DNA of 39,393 bases, from positions 1 through 39,393 of the forward strand of contig JALTLO010000151.1 of assembly GCA_027001995.1 (NCBI GenBank). Direction: 5' to 3'. The position numbers were made by a program, and so were the translations under genes. The notes below the pieces were generated by a model. It saw nothing but the letters and a program-made list of their open reading frames with translations, ran no database searches and had not been told where the DNA came from. Within the stretch, counting starts at the first letter, position 1; every line of letters starts with the position of its first letter. Of the stretch, positions 35,171 to 39,393 are shown piece after piece. This DNA comes from Planctomycetota bacterium. GTDB lineage: Bacteria > Planctomycetota > GCA-002687715 > DRQF01.

Positions 35171-35199
35171 ATTATGCGGCTTGGGAAGGCTGGTTTCAA
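35171..35199 (-). promoter_or_regulatory. sigma70 promoter of glyQS
   Basis: Minus strand TTGAAA, 17-nt spacer, CATAAT. The -35 element overlaps the upstream gene's stop codon. Confidence 0.7.
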
Positions 35200-35957
35200 C
35201 TCACAGACTGTTGGCGTTTCGCGCGAAAGAGACCCGCGGCCTCAACATGGGAGCGAAACATCGCAAGATTGAAGTCCAAGTTGCTGTAAGTCAGCTCTGG
35301 ATGCCATTGCACTCCGTGGGCAAAGAAATGGCGTTCGCTGGATATGGCTTCCGCCACCCCATCAGGAGCCGTGGCCGTAATTTTGAATCCTTCGGCAACC
35401 TGCTTCACGGATTGATGGTGATAGCTATTGATTCGAACCCGGTCTTCCCCGGTGATGTGACGAAGCCAGCTGTTTTTCTCAATATCAATGCTGTGGGAAG
35501 GATACTCTTCAGTCATCTTTTGGAAATGAGCGAGGGTATCATGGTCATGTTGGCTGGCAATATCCTGAAACAACGTTCCACCCCCAGCGATGTTCAGCAC
35601 CTGCATTCCCCGGCAAATGGCGAAAATCGGCAGATCCCGCTCGAGAGCATCCTTAGTGAGAATCATCTCCGTGACGTCACGAAGAGGGTTAATAGACTCA
35701 ATTTTGGCGTGGGGTTCTTCCCCATACCACGACGGGTCAATATCAAAGCCACCAGTCAGCAGAAGGCCGTCGCAAGTATTAAGGATTTGCTTAAGAACGT
35801 CCGCGCTTTGGGTCAAAGGTAAAATGATGGGGGCGCCACCAGCTGCTTCGACGGCTTGAACGTAGTTCATGCCAACACCAAACCGTGGATATGGCCGATC
35901 ATTGTGGGTGAAATAGATCTTCCGGGAAGAAACACCGATGATTGGTCGCTCGTTCAA
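35196..35957 (-). CDS. Peptidase C26 / gamma-glutamyl-gamma-aminobutyrate hydrolase family
   Basis: 'RPIIGV', 'DGLLLTGG.DIDP..YG', catalytic 'AICRGMQ', 'NSYHHQ' and 'GVQWHPE'. TTG start with GGAG. Confidence 0.93.
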   Translation of the reverse strand: MNERPIIGVSSRKIYFTHNDRPYPRFGVGMNYVQAVEAAGGAPIILPLTQSADVLKQILNTCDGLLLTGGFDIDPSWYGEEPHAKIESINPLRDVTEMILTKDALERDLPIFAICRGMQVLNIAGGGTLFQDIASQHDHDTLAHFQKMTEEYPSHSIDIEKNSWLRHITGEDRVRINSYHHQSVKQVAEGFKITATAPDGVAEAISSERHFFAHGVQWHPELTYSNLDFNLAMFRSHVEAAGLFRAKRQQSVS

Positions 35958-35998
35958 CGTCTTGCTCCGTCATGAGTCATGGCCACATTGTCCGCGGC

Positions 35999-36007
35999 AT
36001 TTTAACA
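35999..36007 (-). promoter_or_regulatory. Extended -10 promoter candidate for the C26 gene
   Basis: Minus strand TGTTAAAAT (TGn-TAAAAT), about 42 nt upstream of the TTG. Confidence 0.4.
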
Positions 36008-36099
36008 ATCAACACGAAACAATCACCCCTTGCTCTCGGTAGCACTTTGTCTCAGCGCCGAGGCTCAGATCGTCATAGATTCCTTGGGAGATCCCAAGA

Positions 36100-37185
36100 T
36101 CAGGACTTATTTCGCTTCAAGAATCCTGGGGTACGAAGTGCCAAGTCTGTCACTTTGCCCAGGCTTCTACCCTCACATGTCACGCAACTCTTGTAAGGTG
36201 AGTAATTTCGTTTCATTTCACCGCGCAAAGTGGTGTAACTTTCGCCATTCCACACCCGGTCGAAACCGTCACGAAAAATGTTGCCGAAATCAACCTTCTC
36301 GTCCATTTGCAGCGCACAGCAAGGAGTGACTTTACCGTCAATGGCCACGTAGATTTGCACCCAAGGATAGATGCAATCAGGACTCTTGTTTTCAGGGTTA
36401 AAGTCTTCTTTGTACCGTTCGTCATAGAAGGGCAACAAAGAAATGATTTCGTCCAAATTGGTAGCCAAGTTCTTACTCTTGGCGTAGTTGTTCGTATCTC
36501 TGAGCCCTTGATGGTACTGCTCTTGTGTAATGCCACCAAGAAGCTCTTCTTCTCGCTCTTCAATTCCGACCAAGTTCAAAGGACGAAAGTTGACACGGCA
36601 CAATTCAAGCTCACAAGCTAAGTCCACCACTGCTTCCATCTCATGGAAGTTGTCCCGCCCAACAACATATTCGAAACCTATGTCTGGACGATTGAGGCCA
36701 CGCTTTTTCTTTTCGGCCTGGAGTTTTTTGATGCCGTCAATGATCGTGCCATGATAGTCAGCAAGTCGCATAGCTTGATACGTCTTGGCCGTTGCGGCAT
36801 CGATTGAGATGCGCATCGCCGACAAGCCGGAATCGAGAATCTTGTCGACTAAGTCAGGGCCGAGAGTGCCGTTGGATGTGATGATTGCCTTGGCACCATG
36901 ATCGACCACCAACTTGATCATCTCAAAGAGATCCGGGCACATGGTAGGCTCCCCATCTCCGGCAAAGGTGACGCGCATGGGCTGAGTCTGGTCAAAGACC
37001 TCCTTGAAGCGTTCGAATGGCATGTGGACCGGGGTGAAGACATTCTTCTCTCGCACACAAAACCCGCACTTCAAGTTGCAAAACGTAGATGGTTCGATTT
37101 GCAGATGAAGGGGTGTATTCTTGGCTTTGACAGGACGTGTCATCACTGACATGCCAGCCTTCAAGAGGTTCGTAAATCCAGCCAT
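36100..37185 (-). CDS. Radical SAM protein with SPASM/twitch domain
   Basis: CNLKCGFC, 'GDGEPT', 'TSNGT', 'ISIDAA' and C-terminal 'CIYPW...GKVTPCC...FGNI....WNG....LR......C.TC'. ATG 37185 follows AAGGA; the alternative start is 37221. Confidence 0.92.
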   Translation of the reverse strand: MAGFTNLLKAGMSVMTRPVKAKNTPLHLQIEPSTFCNLKCGFCVREKNVFTPVHMPFERFKEVFDQTQPMRVTFAGDGEPTMCPDLFEMIKLVVDHGAKAIITSNGTLGPDLVDKILDSGLSAMRISIDAATAKTYQAMRLADYHGTIIDGIKKLQAEKKKRGLNRPDIGFEYVVGRDNFHEMEAVVDLACELELCRVNFRPLNLVGIEEREEELLGGITQEQYHQGLRDTNNYAKSKNLATNLDEIISLLPFYDERYKEDFNPENKSPDCIYPWVQIYVAIDGKVTPCCALQMDEKVDFGNIFRDGFDRVWNGESYTTLRGEMKRNYSPYKSCVTCEGRSLGKVTDLALRTPGFLKRNKS

Positions 37186-37287
37186 GAGTGTTTCTCTTTC
37201 CTTGGCGAATCGGGGGAGCATAGGGCTACCCCAGTTTAGTCGCCATCAATTCAACATACCAACGAATTTCATTGCCAGGTCCGTAAC

Positions 37288-38538
37288 TTAGTGGGCAACC
37301 ACCCTATCTGCAGCCTGAGCATCACTTCCAACTAACTTGCCGTAAGCTTCTACGGTTGGCTGAAGGGTGTTTTCCCAATGCCGTTTGGTCAAAACTGCCT
37401 GCCGGCCGATTTTACCTTCCTCATCAAGGTCCTCTTGATCCCGGTCCAATGACTCATGAAGCAATTGAACCAAACTATCGAGATCTCCAGCCTTAAAGGT
37501 ACGACCCACTTCACATTCATCAAAAAGTTCTTTGATTCCGCCAACGTCAGAGCCAATGCAAACTTGCTCCATAGCCATAGCTTCCAAGGGTTTCAGTGGT
37601 GTCACCTTTTCCGTCAATCTCTTGGAATGGCGGGGATAGCAAAAAATGTCAATGAGAGCATAGTGTTCTTGAATCTCATCATGAGAAACACGGCCCGTGA
37701 GATGAACGCACCCAGAAAGATTGTGGTGGCTCACCCGTTCCGCCACCTGGGCTTCGTCTTCACCAGAGCCGATAAGAAGAACAGCAAAATCGTCCCGCTG
37801 CTTCTTAACTTCAGCAATGGCATCCACAAGAAAAGGTAGCCCTTCGTAAAAGAAGAACGAACCGATGAACCCCAGGACTCTTTTGCCCCCTATGTCATAT
37901 TTTTCTTCCAGGGCTGAATTTTTTCGCCGTGGCTCAAACGTTTGAGCTTCGACACCATTCTTAACAATCGAAATTTTGTCCACCGGAGTTCCGCGACCGA
38001 CCAAGTCTTCCTGAAGACCTTGGCAAATGCAAATAACATGGTCTGCCTGCTGAACCACTTCAGTCTCCAAACGCCGGACTTGCCCATATACGAAACCATC
38101 TTCGGATATCTTGTTTTTATCGACGGCATCGTCTTCCCAGAACGCCCGGATCTCATAGACCACAGGAATCCCTAACTTTTTGCCAACGCGAATTGCCGCC
38201 TGGCCATTAAAGAACGGCGAGTGAGCATGAATTAAATCGGGCTTGAAATCAGCGGCAACTTCCAAGAGACGATCCACCATGGCTTGGGTCATGAGGCGTT
38301 CGCGCCAAAACGGTATGGCTAGCTGAAGGCGATCGAGAAGACCATTTGGCTTTCTCGTTCGGTAGTAGAGGATGTCATCAATCCATTCCTCGTCCTCGGT
38401 AAAATCCGTATGCCGAGCAGATGTCACCACCCGGACATCAACTCCTTGGCGAAACAGGTTGCGCACGATATAGCGACTTCGGAAACTGTAGCCGGAGTAA
38501 TGAGGCAGGGAATGATCTTGTAGATGTAGGACGCGCAG
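37288..38538 (-). CDS. Family 4 glycosyltransferase resembling the PEP-CTERM/XrtA-associated (TIGR04063-like) type; probable CTG start
   Basis: The frame extends past the track's GTG 38466 to '(L)RVLHLQDHSLPHYSGYSFRS'. Also 'HAHSP', 'VYEIRAFWED', 'GFIGSF..YEGL', 'RLT..VTPLKPLEAMA' and 'SDVGG..EL'. Confidence 0.9.
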   Translation of the reverse strand: MRVLHLQDHSLPHYSGYSFRSRYIVRNLFRQGVDVRVVTSARHTDFTEDEEWIDDILYYRTRKPNGLLDRLQLAIPFWRERLMTQAMVDRLLEVAADFKPDLIHAHSPFFNGQAAIRVGKKLGIPVVYEIRAFWEDDAVDKNKISEDGFVYGQVRRLETEVVQQADHVICICQGLQEDLVGRGTPVDKISIVKNGVEAQTFEPRRKNSALEEKYDIGGKRVLGFIGSFFFYEGLPFLVDAIAEVKKQRDDFAVLLIGSGEDEAQVAERVSHHNLSGCVHLTGRVSHDEIQEHYALIDIFCYPRHSKRLTEKVTPLKPLEAMAMEQVCIGSDVGGIKELFDECEVGRTFKAGDLDSLVQLLHESLDRDQEDLDEEGKIGRQAVLTKRHWENTLQPTVEAYGKLVGSDAQAADRVVAH

Positions 38539-38674
38539 AGCTTTAACCTCGTTTAGTTCAGTTCACACATCAACTTATCGAACCACAGCCCCTGTTTTCA
38601 TGAAATGCGGGTGAAATACCAAGGAAGTGGGCGAAATGAAGAAAAAGACCCCCATCTCGGTACAATCTACAACA

Positions 38675-39393
38675 ATGAAACGAATCACCAAACTCAAAGC
38701 AGGGTCAACGGTTACCTTCCTTGCCATGGTCCTCCTCCTGAATTGTTGTGCCACCTCTACCCATTCCACCATCCCACAAGACGCTGCCCTGAACGATGCG
38801 ATGAATCACGTGGGGCGAATCGTAGGAAGATTCTCGGCGGAAAAGCCCAAAGGCACCTTGGTGGTCATCAAAGATCGCCACTCCACCAGGCCCGGGTTCC
38901 ATCGTGTCCGCCCCCAGCTTCGGCAAGTCCAAAAGGATAATCGCAAACTGGTCGAGTACCTGGTTCACCATGACTTTCGTGTCCTGGGATGTGAGCAATC
39001 CTTGGGAGAGATCAAACTCAACGACACCACGAAGAAGCAATACGCACTCATCTCTGGACGCATGAAACAACGGGTAGACTTGGATGAATATGCGGTCTTT
39101 CAGCCAATCCGTTTTCAAATCCTCTGGGGCGATCGTCTTTCAGTTTGGGGCGTAGAAAACAGAAAACTATTCGAAGGTGACATAGAAGACTTCAAAGCTT
39201 TTGCCCAGGCCCGGCAGCGGAACAACCGTAATGACATTTCCGCCGAAGACAAAAAACGTCTGCAGCAAATCATTTTAGATAGCCGCAAACGACTCAGAAA
39301 GAACATCGTCGGGCGAGGTGAAAAGGCCGCAGAAAATCTGCTGCAAATCATGAAAGAGCAAGAAGTAACCAAGGGGATCTTATTGCTAGGAGG
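38675..39393 (+). CDS. Predicted lipoprotein with EreA/ChaN/TIKI-like motif pattern (partial, runs off the right edge)
   Basis: Not in the ORF track. Open frame of 239 codons: MKRITKLKAGSTVTFLAMVLLLNCCATS...TLVVIKDRH...Q..N...VEYL....FRVLGCE...VWGVENRKLF...GRGEKAAENLLQIMKEQEVTKGILLLG. Confidence 0.75.
   Translation, partial: MKRITKLKAGSTVTFLAMVLLLNCCATSTHSTIPQDAALNDAMNHVGRIVGRFSAEKPKGTLVVIKDRHSTRPGFHRVRPQLRQVQKDNRKLVEYLVHHDFRVLGCEQSLGEIKLNDTTKKQYALISGRMKQRVDLDEYAVFQPIRFQILWGDRLSVWGVENRKLFEGDIEDFKAFAQARQRNNRNDISAEDKKRLQQIILDSRKRLRKNIVGRGEKAAENLLQIMKEQEVTKGILLLG

Noticed and set aside
35111..35195. T-box leader for glyQS
   Set aside because: The region is far too short and lacks the GGTGG.ACCGCG T-box sequence.
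38705..39372. Minus-strand ORFs of 137 and 85 aa
   Set aside because: Antisense to the continuous plus-strand lipoprotein frame starting at 38675.
1..39393. CRISPR arrays, tRNA/rRNA, transposases, integrases, prophage or defence genes
   Set aside because: No regularly spaced repeats, cloverleaf or rRNA signatures, or mobile/defence protein motifs were seen by eye. tRNAscan and Rfam scans would be needed to exclude small RNAs fully.

Overview
Gene-dense bacterial chromosomal segment, mid-GC (about 50-55% by eye). The gene content (tandem nfeD-nfeD-floA, DUF1573, UshA-like/multiheme cytochrome fusion, secreted HEAT-repeat and degenerate gluzincin proteins, alpha2-type GlyRS) suggests Planctomycetota; this is an inference. 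About 30 CDS were called, and no rRNA, tRNA, CRISPR array or mobile element was seen. Housekeeping genes: polA, prs, glyQS, lolC/E-lolD. Envelope and accessory content: (1) a NUDIX / orphan periplasmic binding protein / histidine kinase / sigma54 activator operon; (2) a small secreted beta-rich protein followed by a TMTC-like membrane glycosyltransferase, a DUF1573 protein and a tetraheme cytochrome with a UshA-like domain; (3) a five-gene flotillin (FloA) operon ending in a tandem winged-helix-like protein; (4) an O-antigen-ligase/TPR enzyme coupled to a membrane microprotein and divergent from a Ser/Thr/Gly/Ala-rich Kelch lipoprotein; (5) a GT4 glycosyltransferase and a radical SAM/SPASM gene. 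Items not in the ORF track: two edge-truncated genes (ABC substrate-binding protein at 1-357, EreA/ChaN/TIKI-like lipoprotein from 38675), a probable CTG start for the GT4 gene, a sigma54 promoter layout at 404-508, and a recurring TAAG-N17-(C/G)TTA intergenic dyad. The best candidate for an undescribed system is a pair of protein-glycosylation modules, each a TPR-bearing membrane transferase beside a putative secreted substrate. All family calls come from motif recognition, not database searches.
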